Assembly (NCBI GenBank): GCA_902561765.1
Contig: CACEQR010000003.1
Location: forward strand, 44,833-108,832
From: an uncultured Pelagibacteraceae bacterium
GTDB lineage: Bacteria > Pseudomonadota > Alphaproteobacteria > Pelagibacterales > Pelagibacteraceae
Direction of reading: 5' to 3'
Length of the DNA: 64,000 nucleotides
Part shown: positions 40,674 to 51,950 of the stretch, in pieces
Position numbering within the stretch: the stretch's first letter is position 1
How the letters are laid out: the number at the start of each line of letters is the position of its first letter
Program-made: the position numbers and the translations under genes
Notes under the pieces: generated by a model
What the model was told of the DNA's origin: nothing
Databases searched by the model: none
Seen by the model: the letters and a program-made list of their open reading frames with translations, nothing else

Positions 40674-41343
40674 TGGTAACTTTTATATTACCATTATTCA
40701 TAGTTATTTTACAGTCTGCCATATTAGCAAAATATCTATTGTGGGTTGCAAAAATGATAATTCTATTTTTATTTTTTAGATTAAAAAGAATTTTAAAAAT
40801 TAGTTTAGCATTATTAGAATCTAAATTTCCTGTTGGCTCATCTGCTAATATTATTTCAGGATCGTTAATTAAAGCTCTTGCAATTGCAATTCTCTGGTTT
40901 TCTCCTCCTGAAAGCTCATTGGGAAAATGATTTAATCTAGTAATCATGCCTACTTCTTTAATTAATTTTTTTGCAAGCTCTTTTGATTTTTCTTTTTCTT
41001 TTGAAATCAACAAATTTGGCAAATATACATTTTCCAAAGCTGTGAAATCTGATAATAAATTTTTATCTTGATATATAATTCCAATTTTGCTTGCTCTTAT
41101 AATATCATTTTCTACATTATTGTTTGTGTTTATTTTCTTATTATTTATTACAATTGACCCAGTTGTAGGTGAATCTATCAGGGATAACATATTTAATAAG
41201 GTAGATTTGCCTGAACCAGATGGTCCCATAATAGAATAAGATTTACCTGATACAAAATTAAAAGATAAATCTTTTAAAACTTTGATTGATTTATTTTTTT
41301 CGTATTTTTTTGATAAATTTGTAATTTTAATACAATTATTCAT
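40660..41343 (-). CDS. lolD: Lipoprotein-releasing ABC transporter ATPase
   Basis: GPSGSGKST, LSGGENQR, LADEPTGNLD; adjacent to lolC/E. Confidence 0.9.
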   Translation of the reverse strand: MNNCIKITNLSKKYEKNKSIKVLKDLSFNFVSGKSYSIMGPSGSGKSTLLNMLSLIDSPTTGSIVINNKKINTNNNVENDIIRASKIGIIYQDKNLLSDFTALENVYLPNLLISKEKEKSKELAKKLIKEVGMITRLNHFPNELSGGENQRIAIARALINDPEIILADEPTGNLDSNNAKLIFKILFNLKNKNRIIIFATHNRYFANMADCKITMNNGNIKVTNGSI

Positions 41344-42547
41344 ACTTAAGAGTTTTGACTGTATCTAGTAAAGATGCTTTTGAGGCAGGATATATAGATA
41401 CAACAATTGTTGTTATTATGGAACAGAGTGAAATTATAATTATAGAAGTTATATTTATTTCAGAGGGTAGAGAATTCAAAATATAAATATCCGAAGGAAA
41501 TAAAGATATACCAAATATATTTGAAATAAATTGTCTTATATTTTCTATGTAAATTGAAAAAAGAGTACCAATTAACACTCCAAATAAAGTTGCAGAAGTT
41601 CCTATGAGGAATCCTATAAAAAAGAAAATTTTTTTTATCGATTTATTTGTTACACCAATAGATTTCAAAATACCTATATCTCTTGTTTTGTTTTTAACTA
41701 AAATCGTAAGTCCAGATATTATATTAAAGGCTGCAACAATAATTATTAAAGAAAGAATAATAAACATTACGTTTCTCTCAACTTTTAACGCAGAAAATAA
41801 AGATTTGTTCATATCTGACCAAGTATAAATTATAGAATCTGGATATAAGTTTGATAAATTTTTCTTATGTTTTTCTATATTCTTTGGATTTTTGAAATAA
41901 AATTCTAAAAATCTGTTCTCTTTTTTTTTATTAAAAAAATTTTCAAGAGTCTCTAAATTAATATATGCAATATTTTCATTAAACTCTGATAAGCCACTAT
42001 CAAAAATTGATATTATTTTAAATGTTTCTTGTTTAGGAAGTGTTCCAACAAGTGTTTGAATTCCAGCAGGAGACATAACGGTAATTTTATCGTCAATATT
42101 AACATTTAAATAAATGCTCAATTCTTTACCAATTGAAATGGAATTATTATTTAAGCTTCTGGATCCATAATATTCCTCATTATTAACTATTTGAAGTTTT
42201 TTATAATCATTCTCTAAGTATCCTTTTAAAAAAATACCTTTGGTATTATCTTTATTTAAGATTACTGCTTCTCCATCGTTCGAAGGTATATTTTTTGTGA
42301 ATTCGTTGTCATTAATTAATTTTAGCGGTGTGTTGCCTTCTTGTACAACTGCGTGTGCATTAAAACCTATAATTTTATTTATTAATTCAGTTCTAAAACC
42401 ATTCATTACTGACATAACAATAATTAGAACTGCTACACCCAATGAAATACCAATAAATGAAAATATTGAGATAATGTTTAAAAAACCATCATTTTTTCGT
42501 GTCTTTAAAAATCTAAATACAACCTCTTTTTCTAGCTGTGTAATCAA
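41336..42547 (-). CDS. Lipoprotein-releasing ABC transporter permease (single LolC/E-family gene)
   Basis: GISLGVAVLIIVMSVMNGF, VAAFNII, DIGILKSIG, YPA..AS. Confidence 0.9.
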   Translation of the reverse strand: MITQLEKEVVFRFLKTRKNDGFLNIISIFSFIGISLGVAVLIIVMSVMNGFRTELINKIIGFNAHAVVQEGNTPLKLINDNEFTKNIPSNDGEAVILNKDNTKGIFLKGYLENDYKKLQIVNNEEYYGSRSLNNNSISIGKELSIYLNVNIDDKITVMSPAGIQTLVGTLPKQETFKIISIFDSGLSEFNENIAYINLETLENFFNKKKENRFLEFYFKNPKNIEKHKKNLSNLYPDSIIYTWSDMNKSLFSALKVERNVMFIILSLIIIVAAFNIISGLTILVKNKTRDIGILKSIGVTNKSIKKIFFFIGFLIGTSATLFGVLIGTLFSIYIENIRQFISNIFGISLFPSDIYILNSLPSEINITSIIIISLCSIITTIVVSIYPASKASLLDTVKTLKYE

Positions 42548-43872
42548 TTTGATTTAGCTTTTTGAATTTGTGATGCTACTTCCTCTACTTTTAACTTTTG
42601 GGTTTCACCATTAATTTCTTTAAACTCTAATAAATCACCTTCAGTTTTATTTCCTATAATCAACTGATAAGGAATACCTATTAAATTAAATTTTTTAATT
42701 TTTGCTGAAATATTTTCATCAGTATCATCTATAATAGCATCAATATTTTTAGATTTAAAATACTCGAATATTTTGTTACATTTTTCCAAATTTGTAGTGT
42801 CGTTTTTTTTAATCATTGGAATAATTGCACAATCATAAGGAGAAACCGATATTGGCCATTTCATTATTTCATCTTTATCGTTATATTTTGCCTCAATTAT
42901 GGCACCTACTAATCTAGAAACACCTATTCCATAAGATCCCATTTTCACAAATTCTTTTTTTCCATTAAAATCAACTGCCGTATTCATTGACTTAGAATAT
43001 TTGTCTCCAAAATAAAATATATGACCTACTTCAATTCCTTTTGTATTTACTCTAAATTCTTCTGGTACTGCATTTTCAAACTCTTCTTTATTAAATTTTT
43101 CATCAGTAACTGAATAAAACTTTTCAAACTCTTGTCTTAATTTTTTAAGTGAATTTTGCTCTATCAGAGTAGATGAGCTATCTACATCAAATATTCGTTT
43201 ATCCGTATATATTTTGCTCTCACCTGTATCAGCTAAAATTATAAATTCATGAGAAAGATTTCCACCAATTGGCCCCGTGTCTGCAGCCATTGGTATTGCT
43301 GATAAGTTTAGTCTTTTGAAAGTTCTTAAATACGAGAGAAAAAATTTATTATACGAAAAAAAAGCTTCTTCATCATTAAGATCAAAAGAGTAGGCATCTT
43401 TCATATAAAATTCTCTACATCTCATTATTCCAAATCTTGGTCTAAGTTCATCTCTAAACTTCCATTGAATATGATATAATAATTGTGGTAGTGATTTGTA
43501 TGACTTAATACTTGATCTAAAGATTTCTGTCACCAGCTCTTCATTAGTAGGTCCATACAGCATTTCTCTGTTTTGACGATCTTTAATACGTAGCATCTCT
43601 TCACCATAATCATCATATCTTCCACTTTCTTTCCAAATTTCAGCTGATTGAATTGTTGGCATCAAAATCTCTTGAACTCCTATTTTATCTTGTTCTTCTC
43701 TTACAATTTGTTCTATTTTTTTCATTACCTTGAAACCAAGAGGTAACCATGAATAAATTCCCGCTGATGATTGCTTAATCATTCCAACTCTTAACATAAG
43801 CTGGTGAGATTTAATTTTAGCTTCTGTAGGATTATTTTTAAGAATTGGGACAAATGATTTTGAAAAATACAT
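42544..43872 (-). CDS. proS: Proline--tRNA ligase (short form without the INS editing domain)
   Basis: GIYSWLPLG, GPTNEE, KFRDELRPRFG, EVGHIF, GSYGIGVSR; 442 aa. Confidence 0.96.
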   Translation of the reverse strand: MYFSKSFVPILKNNPTEAKIKSHQLMLRVGMIKQSSAGIYSWLPLGFKVMKKIEQIVREEQDKIGVQEILMPTIQSAEIWKESGRYDDYGEEMLRIKDRQNREMLYGPTNEELVTEIFRSSIKSYKSLPQLLYHIQWKFRDELRPRFGIMRCREFYMKDAYSFDLNDEEAFFSYNKFFLSYLRTFKRLNLSAIPMAADTGPIGGNLSHEFIILADTGESKIYTDKRIFDVDSSSTLIEQNSLKKLRQEFEKFYSVTDEKFNKEEFENAVPEEFRVNTKGIEVGHIFYFGDKYSKSMNTAVDFNGKKEFVKMGSYGIGVSRLVGAIIEAKYNDKDEIMKWPISVSPYDCAIIPMIKKNDTTNLEKCNKIFEYFKSKNIDAIIDDTDENISAKIKKFNLIGIPYQLIIGNKTEGDLLEFKEINGETQKLKVEEVASQIQKAKSN

Positions 43873-43880
43873 TTTATTAT

Positions 43881-45539
43881 TTAAATTCTAACCAAGTTTA
43901 TATTTGTTAATGGTTTTTTCCCAGTTTTTTCTTTTGAAAATTTACGACAAGTTATTTTAAGAGCATCTATAAGATTATCCTTTTGTTTTGCGTTGTTTAA
44001 TGAAAATGTTCTAACTGTTTTTTCTATTTCTTCCTCTAACCCATAAATAAAATCATCATTCTCATATACTGGTAAACCTCTAAATGTTACTAAGGGTTTA
44101 TTATGGATGTTGCCTTTTGGTGTAATCATAATTGTTGCCTCTAAAAATCCATTTGACGAAATATTTCTTCTTTCTTTTATTGATTTAGAATCTTCCTCTA
44201 CTGGAACATTTCCATCTAAATAAATTCTTCCACTTGGCGCTTTGTCATAGACCTCTGGCTTATCTCCAGGATATAACTTAACAATGTCTCCATTTTCTAC
44301 TTGGACTGGGTATTTGACTTGCATTTCTTTAGCAAATTCGATGTGTTCTATCATGTGTCTATGCTCTCCATGTACTGGTATTACTGCTTTTGGTTTAACC
44401 CAATTGTACATATCTCTCAAATCTTCTCTATTTGGATGACCTGAAACATGAATGTATTCATTGTCTTCAGATATTACCTCTATTCCCTCTTTTACTAAGT
44501 TATTGTGAAGTTTATATAATTTTTTTTCATTTCCTGGAATAATTTTTGAAGAAAAAATTACTGCGTCGTTTCTTTCTATAAATACATCTGGATGTGTATA
44601 TTTAACTATTCTATTCATTGCACCCATTGGTTCTCCCTGACTTCCAGTACATAAATAAACAATTTTTTCTCTAGATATTTTTTTAGCATCCCTAGGGTCT
44701 ATTGGATCAATAACTTTTTTGAGATAACCACATTGTCTTGCCGCTTTAAAAATTCTATGCATTGATCTACCAACTAATGAAATATGTCTACCAGTTTTTT
44801 CAGCACAATAAAAAACTGACTCCATTCTAGCTACATTAGAAGCAAAAGAAGTAACAATTATTCTTTTTTTTAATCTTTCAAATACTTTGAGTAAATTTTT
44901 ACGAACATCCAGCTCTGAACCTGCTCTACCTGCACTAAATACATTTGTTGAGTCACAAATCATTGCTAAAACTCCCTCATTTCCAATTTCCTTGAGTCTT
45001 TCTGAATTTATATTTCCACCTATTAATGGGTCTGGATCACATTTCCAATCACCTGTATGCAAAATATTTCCAACAGGTGTTTGTATTCTTAGTCCATTAG
45101 GTTCAAGTATGGAATGAGTAAGTGTTATAAATTCAATTTTAAAAGGATCCAAATTAATTGTGCTATTAAGTTCTACAATTTTTAAATAACCAGTTATATC
45201 AATTTTTTTTTCTTTAAATTTTTCATTAATTAATACAGAAGTGAATGGTGTAGCATAAATATTACATTTTAATTTTGGCCACACATGAGCAATTGCCCCA
45301 ATATGGTCTTCATGTGCGTGAGTCAGGATTATACCAAGCAAGTCATCTTTTTTATCAGTAATAAAACCTGGATCTGGATATATTATATCAACACCTGGGA
45401 CGGTATCATCAGCGAACGTTACACCAACATCTACAATAATCCATTTTTGATTATTTGGTTTGCCATATGCAAATAGGTTCATATTCATTCCTATTTCGCC
45501 AGATCCTCCTAAAGGACAAAATAATAATTCATCTTTCAT
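43881..45539 (-). CDS. rnj: Ribonuclease J
   Basis: LGGSGEIGMN, THAHEDHIG, TGSQGEP, HVSGH, PVHGE. Confidence 0.95.
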   Translation of the reverse strand: MKDELLFCPLGGSGEIGMNMNLFAYGKPNNQKWIIVDVGVTFADDTVPGVDIIYPDPGFITDKKDDLLGIILTHAHEDHIGAIAHVWPKLKCNIYATPFTSVLINEKFKEKKIDITGYLKIVELNSTINLDPFKIEFITLTHSILEPNGLRIQTPVGNILHTGDWKCDPDPLIGGNINSERLKEIGNEGVLAMICDSTNVFSAGRAGSELDVRKNLLKVFERLKKRIIVTSFASNVARMESVFYCAEKTGRHISLVGRSMHRIFKAARQCGYLKKVIDPIDPRDAKKISREKIVYLCTGSQGEPMGAMNRIVKYTHPDVFIERNDAVIFSSKIIPGNEKKLYKLHNNLVKEGIEVISEDNEYIHVSGHPNREDLRDMYNWVKPKAVIPVHGEHRHMIEHIEFAKEMQVKYPVQVENGDIVKLYPGDKPEVYDKAPSGRIYLDGNVPVEEDSKSIKERRNISSNGFLEATIMITPKGNIHNKPLVTFRGLPVYENDDFIYGLEEEIEKTVRTFSLNNAKQKDNLIDALKITCRKFSKEKTGKKPLTNINLVRI

Positions 45540-45544
45540 AATTT

Positions 45545-46285
45545 TTAGTAAATTGCCACTTTTAAAATTCCTTTAATTGTTAAATTTTTATCAACTGTTT
45601 TAATACCCTTAATTGATGATTTAAATAAGTGTGCAAATCCACCTGTAAGTATAATTTTAAACTTCTTTCTAGTTTGTTTTACGATAAGTTTAATTATATT
45701 TTCAATTAAGCCAGTATAACCATGATAAAAACCAGCTCTTACAGCACTTTTAGTGTTTTTACCAATGACATTTGCAGTCTTTTCTAGCTTAATTTTAGGA
45801 ATTAGAGAGGCTTTATCAATTAAATTTTTCAAAGAAAGCTCGACACCAGGCGCCAAAACACCTCCAATATAATCTTTTTTAATGACAATATCAAAATTTG
45901 TAGCCGTTCCAAAATCAACTATAATATAATTAAACTTACTATCAATTACAGCAATAGCATTAGCTAAACGATCAGAACCAATTTGTTTTCTATTTACTTT
46001 TATATTTATAAATTTTTTTAAATTACATTTTTTTAATTCAACACAATTCAATTTAGTAATTTCATTTATAGTTTTTTTTATTATTTTATAAGAATCAGGG
46101 ACGACTGAACTAAAGATTATTTTTCTAAGTTTAGAATTATATTTTCTTAAAAATAATAATTCTTTTTTGATAAATTTTTTGTTTAAATTTTTCCTATAAA
46201 TTTTAATATTTTTGATTAATTTTAAATTGTTGTTAAATAAGCAAATTTTAACTGCAGTATTTCCAATATCTCCAATTAAATACAT
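45545..46285 (-). CDS. coaX: Type III pantothenate kinase
   Basis: DIGNT, SSVVP, GSDR, VDFGTAT, LTGG. Confidence 0.93.
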   Translation of the reverse strand: MYLIGDIGNTAVKICLFNNNLKLIKNIKIYRKNLNKKFIKKELLFLRKYNSKLRKIIFSSVVPDSYKIIKKTINEITKLNCVELKKCNLKKFINIKVNRKQIGSDRLANAIAVIDSKFNYIIVDFGTATNFDIVIKKDYIGGVLAPGVELSLKNLIDKASLIPKIKLEKTANVIGKNTKSAVRAGFYHGYTGLIENIIKLIVKQTRKKFKIILTGGFAHLFKSSIKGIKTVDKNLTIKGILKVAIY

Positions 46286-46288
46286 ATA

Positions 46289-46813
46289 TTAAACTCCAAA
46301 TAAATGCAGGTTTTTTTCATAAAGCAATTTAAACTCTCTAAACAATTGAAGTCTATTTAATTTTTTATTTGAATGATTATTTAAAAATGTTGTGGGGTAA
46401 TTATTTATTTTTGGACTCCTGGAAACATTAATTCCAATTCCTACAATTAAGTATTTTTTATTTTGCTTAAAAATTGTTTCTTGTAAAATTCCACAGACTT
46501 TTTTTTTATTTATTAAAATATCATTAGGTTTTCTTATCTGAGTTAAGGAGTTAATTTTTTTATGGATAATTTTTTTTATTATTTTTAAATTTAAATTTAT
46601 AATTGTTGATAAAGATATTTTTTTACCAATTTCAAAAAAGACAGATACAAATAAGTTACCTTTCATAGATATCCATTTATTTTGTCTTTGTCCTTTACCT
46701 TTTGTTTGTTGATCTGTTAAAATTATTCCTCTTTCATTTCCTTGTTTAATCAGTCTTACTGCAACATTATTAGTGCTTTCTACTTTTTTAAATATATATT
46801 TTTTTAGTCTCAT
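46289..46813 (-). CDS. birA: Biotin--protein ligase (catalytic domain only)
   Basis: STN, QTKGKG...W.S..GNL, PND, KVCGILQE, GIGINV; follows nuoN. Confidence 0.85.
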   Translation of the reverse strand: MRLKKYIFKKVESTNNVAVRLIKQGNERGIILTDQQTKGKGQRQNKWISMKGNLFVSVFFEIGKKISLSTIINLNLKIIKKIIHKKINSLTQIRKPNDILINKKKVCGILQETIFKQNKKYLIVGIGINVSRSPKINNYPTTFLNNHSNKKLNRLQLFREFKLLYEKNLHLFGV

Positions 46814-48228
46814 TAAATCATAGTAATTTTAGATACTATTTCTGTTATGCTACTTGGATATATAAAATATGCTAAAATAAATATTGTAGAAATAGCCAAT
46901 GTTATTTTTAATCCTAAATTATGTGATGTTTCGTATTCATCTTTTTCTGGATCAAAATATATAATTTTTATAATTCTTAGATAATAAAAAGCTGCTACTA
47001 CGGTTGCTAACAATCCAACGATTGCTAAAAAATACATTGACTGCTCTATCACAGCTAAGAAGACATAAAATTTAGCAAAAAAACCTGCTAGTGGTGGTAT
47101 TCCTGCTAAAGAAAACAAAACTATCAATAATGAGAAAGACAAAATTGGATGTTTTTTTGAAAGTCCTGATAAGTCCTCTATATTTTCATAATATTTATCG
47201 TTTCTTTTAAGCATAAATAAGCAACTGAAAAAGGCCAAATTCATAACTAAATAAATCGATATATAAGTTATTGAACTTTGTATTCCTTGATTGCTAATTG
47301 TTGCTAATCCTGCCAGAGCATAACCCATATGACTAATTGAGCTATAAGCAATTAACCTTTTTAAATTTTTTTGACCTATCGCAGCCACAGCACCAAATAT
47401 CATTGAAGCTATTGAAATAAATACAATAATAGTTTGCCACTGATCATTCATATTAGCAAAAGGTGTATATAAAAACTTTATAAACACAGAGAGTGCGGCT
47501 ATTTTTGGAAGTATAGCAAAGAATAATGTTACAGACGTTGGGGAGCCTTGATAAACATCCGGTGCCCACATGTGAAAAGGCACAGCTGATATTTTAAACG
47601 CTAGACCAACTAAAATAAAGACTATACCAAACGTAGTACCATAATTAAATTCAGTAGAGTTTATAAGTATTTGATCAAAGTTTGTGCTCTCAGAAAATCC
47701 ATAAGTTAATGAGCATCCGTATAACAACAACCCAGATGATAATGCACTAAGAACAAAATATTTTAGTCCAGACTCTGTAGAAAGCAAATTATCTCTATTA
47801 AAAGATGCAAGAACATACAAAGCTAATGATTGAAGCTCAAGACCCATGTAAAAAACTATTAAATCATTTGAACTAATCATTATCATCATTCCCAAGATGC
47901 TACTTAGAATGAGTATTGGATATTCAATTTTATTTAAATTAATTACTTGTATATATTTTGATCCTGTTAACATTACAAAAACTCCAGAACCAACAAGTAT
48001 TATTTTCATGTAATTTGATAAATTGTCTATGAGATATGAACTATTAAATAGGTAAATTTTATCTAATGAGCTAAGATTTATTATTAATGCCAATAAAATA
48101 ATTAAAGATATAGTAGATAAATTATAAATTAAATTTGAACTAGATTTTTTGAATACTCCAATTAATAAAAATAACATTATAGTTATAGAAATAAAAACTT
48201 CAGGTAAAATATATTGAAAATTTTCCAT
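46813..48228 (-). CDS. nuoN: NADH-quinone oxidoreductase subunit N
   Basis: ESGLKYF, FKISAVPFHMWAPDVYQG, LAGIPPLAGF. Confidence 0.96.
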   Translation of the reverse strand: MENFQYILPEVFISITIMLFLLIGVFKKSSSNLIYNLSTISLIILLALIINLSSLDKIYLFNSSYLIDNLSNYMKIILVGSGVFVMLTGSKYIQVINLNKIEYPILILSSILGMMIMISSNDLIVFYMGLELQSLALYVLASFNRDNLLSTESGLKYFVLSALSSGLLLYGCSLTYGFSESTNFDQILINSTEFNYGTTFGIVFILVGLAFKISAVPFHMWAPDVYQGSPTSVTLFFAILPKIAALSVFIKFLYTPFANMNDQWQTIIVFISIASMIFGAVAAIGQKNLKRLIAYSSISHMGYALAGLATISNQGIQSSITYISIYLVMNLAFFSCLFMLKRNDKYYENIEDLSGLSKKHPILSFSLLIVLFSLAGIPPLAGFFAKFYVFLAVIEQSMYFLAIVGLLATVVAAFYYLRIIKIIYFDPEKDEYETSHNLGLKITLAISTIFILAYFIYPSSITEIVSKITMI

Positions 48229-49724
48229 TAGTCCTTTGATGCAAGGTTATTAATTAAATCAAAATTATACATATTCAAAGCATTCTCAACTGATGCTTCA
48301 ATTGAATTCATTAAAGGTTCTGGATAAAAACCAAAAAATAATATTGGTATTGCTAGAACTGTTAAAATTACAATTTCAAAAGATTTTAAGTCTTTCATTC
48401 TATTTAAATCTTGATTAGTTATTTCTCCAAAAACAACTCTTTTGAATAACCACAACATATATGCTGCTCCTAAAATTACTCCCAAACTTGCAATCATTGC
48501 AACTAGAATATTTTTCTCAAATGCTCCCATCAAAATTAAAAACTCACCTATAAAACCTGTTGTTCCAGGTAGTCCTAGAGCTCCAAGTGTAAATACCATA
48601 AAAACTATTGCATATCTCGGCATAATGGAGACTAAACCGCCATATTTATTTATTAGTCTTGTATGATGTCTATCATAGACAACTCCAACACTTAAAAAAA
48701 GTGCGGCAGATACAAGTCCATGACTTATCATTTGAAAAATACTTCCTTCAATGCCTTGCTGAGTCATTGTAAAGATACCTAAAGTAACAAATCCCATGTG
48801 AGCAACTGACGAATATGCTATGAGTTTTTTCATATCTTCTTGCATCAAAGCAACAAGAGATGTGTAAATAATTGCAATTAAACTTAAGATATAAACTAAC
48901 ATTGTAAAATTTTCAGAGGCTATTGGAAATAATCCTAGTGAAAATCTAATAAACCCATATCCTGCCATTTTAAGTAAAATTGCTGCTAGTAGAACAGAGC
49001 CAGCGGTTGGTGCTTCTACATGAGCATCGGGTAGCCATGTGTGAACTGGCCACATTGGAGTTTTTACTGCAAAAGAGCTGAAAAAAGCTAGCCATAATAA
49101 ATTTTGGTACTCTGATTGAATACCAAGCTCATAAAGTCTTTCTACATCTGTGGTTCCAGTGATCCAATAAATTGAAATAATAGCAACCAACATAAGTACA
49201 GACCCAAGTAAGGTGTAAAGAAAAAATTTAAAAGCTGAATAAACTCTTCTATCTCCTCCCCAAATACCAATAATTAAAAACATTGGTATTAGACCTGCCT
49301 CAAAAAATAAATAAAAGACTACTAAATCAAGAGAGCAGAAAACTCCTATCATAAAAGTTTCCATTATTAATATGGCAATTAGGAAATCCTTAAGCCTGTT
49401 TGTTATTGTTGCATTTACTGAAATTATGCAAATTGGAGTTATAAAAGCTGTTAATATTATAAATAGAATTGAAATACCGTCTATACCAACTTTATAATTT
49501 ATAAATCCTGATAGCCATTCTCTATTTTCAACAAACTGAAAGTCTATTGAATTTTTATCAAAGATATACCAAAGGTATAAAGACAACAAAAAATTTGCTA
49601 ACGAAATAAACAATGCTACATATTTAGCACTTTGATATTTACCACTTGATGATTTTGTGAATAATATAAACAAGGCTCCTATTGTTGGCAGTAAAATTAA
49701 AGATGATAAAATTGGAAAGTTCAT
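48228..49724 (-). CDS. nuoM: NADH-quinone oxidoreductase subunit M
   Basis: KTPMWPVHTWLPDAHVEAPT, LLKMAGYG. Confidence 0.96.
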   Translation of the reverse strand: MNFPILSSLILLPTIGALFILFTKSSSGKYQSAKYVALFISLANFLLSLYLWYIFDKNSIDFQFVENREWLSGFINYKVGIDGISILFIILTAFITPICIISVNATITNRLKDFLIAILIMETFMIGVFCSLDLVVFYLFFEAGLIPMFLIIGIWGGDRRVYSAFKFFLYTLLGSVLMLVAIISIYWITGTTDVERLYELGIQSEYQNLLWLAFFSSFAVKTPMWPVHTWLPDAHVEAPTAGSVLLAAILLKMAGYGFIRFSLGLFPIASENFTMLVYILSLIAIIYTSLVALMQEDMKKLIAYSSVAHMGFVTLGIFTMTQQGIEGSIFQMISHGLVSAALFLSVGVVYDRHHTRLINKYGGLVSIMPRYAIVFMVFTLGALGLPGTTGFIGEFLILMGAFEKNILVAMIASLGVILGAAYMLWLFKRVVFGEITNQDLNRMKDLKSFEIVILTVLAIPILFFGFYPEPLMNSIEASVENALNMYNFDLINNLASKD

Positions 49725-51637
49725 TAATTTAATATCAATATTGTTAATAAAATAGAAAAACCTATCAACATAACGAACGCATATTGATATATAAATCCAG
49801 ATTGAAATCTAACTGCCTTGGTTGATAAATTTTTAATTACACTAGAAATCCCATCCGGACCAAATTTATCTATTATAGATCCATCAATTTTTTTCCATAA
49901 AAACTTACCAATTTTTTTTGAAGGATTAACAAATAAATAATCATACATTTCATCGAAGTACCATTTCTTTACTAAAAATTGATATATTGGTTCATTCATT
50001 TCTCTTAAACCATTAACTATTTTTGTATTTTTTAAAAATAAAAAATAAGAAAATGGAATAGCAAGCACCACAAGTGTTGGTGTTAGCAATAAAAACCATG
50101 TTGGTGGATGATCTGTGCTTAGTGGTTTCAGGAATTTAATAGATTGACCCCAAAATTCATATGCTGTTTCATGACCGATAAACATATCTTTAAACGTCAT
50201 GCCGGCAAAAATCGCGCCAATTGCCAAGATAATTAAAGGAAAAATCATAACAAAAGGAGACTCGTGTATTTTATCAACACTGATTTTTTTGTTATTAAAA
50301 TTACCATGGAATGTTTTAAAAATAAGTCTCCATGAGTAAATTGATGTTAATAAAGCTGTAACAATACCCACAAAAGCTGCAAGTATTCCAATCCCATTTC
50401 CTTTTAGGTACGCAAATTCTATTATGGCATCTTTAGAATAAAAACCTGATAAAAAAGGAAACCCAGTTAAAGCAAGAGTTCCTATAAGCATTAATACATA
50501 TGTGTATGGAAGTTTCTTCATTACTCCACCCATTTTATTTATATCTTGTTCCTCATTAAATGAGTGAATTACAGTACCAGCTCCTAAAAAAAGCAAAGCT
50601 TTAAAAAAGGCGTGTGTAAATAGATGAAACATTGCAACATTGTATGCACCAACTCCTGCAGCAAAAAACATGTAACCTAATTGACTACATGTAGAATAAG
50701 CAATAATCTTTTTTATATCATTTTGAACAAGCGCAACTGTTGCAGCAAAGAAAGCTGTAGTCATTCCAATTACGGTTATAACTGTGAGAGCTGATGGAGA
50801 GTATTCATATATAGGTGAGCATCTAACGATTAAAAAAACTCCAGCCGTTACCATTGTTGCAGCATGAATTAATGCAGATACAGGTGTTGGGCCTTCCATA
50901 GCATCAGGCAACCATGTATGTAATAAAAATTGAGCCGATTTACCCATTGCTCCAATTAATAGAAGCAAACAAATCAAATCTATAATTTGAGTATTAATAC
51001 CAATGAAATTTATTTTTTTATCTAAAATATTTGGAATTTGCGCAAACACCTCATCATAATTAACTGTTCCAAAAATATAAAAAATCAGAAAAATTCCAAG
51101 CGCTAATCCAAAGTCACCAACTCTATTAACGACAAAGGCTTTTATTGCAGCTTTGTTTGCACTCTCTTTTTTAAACCAAAAACCAATTAAAAAATATGAG
51201 CATAAGCCAACACCTTCCCAACCAAAAAATAGTTGAATAAAATTATCTGAACTTACTAAGGTTAACATTGCAAAAGTAAATAAGGATAAATATGCCATAA
51301 ATCTTGTTTTATGAGGATCGTGTGACATGTAACCAATAGAATAAATATGAACTAAAGCTGAAACAAAATTTACCACTACAAACATTACTGCTGATAAGGC
51401 ATCAATTTTTATTGACCAGTTTACGTTTAATGTTCCAGAGTTAATCCAAGTTGCTATAATAAGATTATTTGAATAGTTTAAGCCAATGACTTTATACAAT
51501 ACAATGAAAGATAGTATTGCTGAAATACTCACGAGCGCACTAGTCAAAATTTGAGAATTTCTGTCCCCTATTTTCTTTCCAAAAAAACCACTAATTATTG
51601 AACCTATTAGAGGTAGAAATAAAATTAGATATTCCAT
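49724..51637 (-). CDS. nuoL: NADH-quinone oxidoreductase subunit L
   Basis: GWEGVG, GKSAQ..HTWLPDAMEGPTPVSALIHAATMV. Confidence 0.96.
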   Translation of the reverse strand: MEYLILFLPLIGSIISGFFGKKIGDRNSQILTSALVSISAILSFIVLYKVIGLNYSNNLIIATWINSGTLNVNWSIKIDALSAVMFVVVNFVSALVHIYSIGYMSHDPHKTRFMAYLSLFTFAMLTLVSSDNFIQLFFGWEGVGLCSYFLIGFWFKKESANKAAIKAFVVNRVGDFGLALGIFLIFYIFGTVNYDEVFAQIPNILDKKINFIGINTQIIDLICLLLLIGAMGKSAQFLLHTWLPDAMEGPTPVSALIHAATMVTAGVFLIVRCSPIYEYSPSALTVITVIGMTTAFFAATVALVQNDIKKIIAYSTCSQLGYMFFAAGVGAYNVAMFHLFTHAFFKALLFLGAGTVIHSFNEEQDINKMGGVMKKLPYTYVLMLIGTLALTGFPFLSGFYSKDAIIEFAYLKGNGIGILAAFVGIVTALLTSIYSWRLIFKTFHGNFNNKKISVDKIHESPFVMIFPLIILAIGAIFAGMTFKDMFIGHETAYEFWGQSIKFLKPLSTDHPPTWFLLLTPTLVVLAIPFSYFLFLKNTKIVNGLREMNEPIYQFLVKKWYFDEMYDYLFVNPSKKIGKFLWKKIDGSIIDKFGPDGISSVIKNLSTKAVRFQSGFIYQYAFVMLIGFSILLTILILN

Positions 51638-51638
51638 T

Positions 51639-51950
51639 TTATCCTTTTAAATTTTTAATCTCTTCAACTCTTATTGTGTCTGAATTTCTAAAATAAACTA
51701 CAATTATGGCTAATCCGATAGCAGCTTCAGCTGCTGCAACTGTTAAAATAAATAGTGTGAATATTTGCCCACTTAAATCATTAATAAATATAGAAAAGGC
51801 AACAAGATTAATATTTACTGCAAGTAAAATAAGTTCAATACTCATTAAAATAACTATTACGTTTTTTCTATTAAGAAAGATTCCAACAACACCAATAGTA
51901 AATATAATTGCGGCTAACGTTAAATAATGTCCTAAACCTATGCTAAACAT
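51639..51950 (-). CDS. nuoK: NADH-quinone oxidoreductase subunit K
   Basis: [18 protein letters not shown]. Confidence 0.96.
   Translation of the reverse strand: MFSIGLGHYLTLAAIIFTIGVVGIFLNRKNVIVILMSIELILLAVNINLVAFSIFINDLSGQIFTLFILTVAAAEAAIGLAIIVVYFRNSDTIRVEEIKNLKG

Noticed and set aside
42544-43872. ProRS lacking the editing insertion as a novelty
   Set aside because: This short form is the established type in many Alphaproteobacteria
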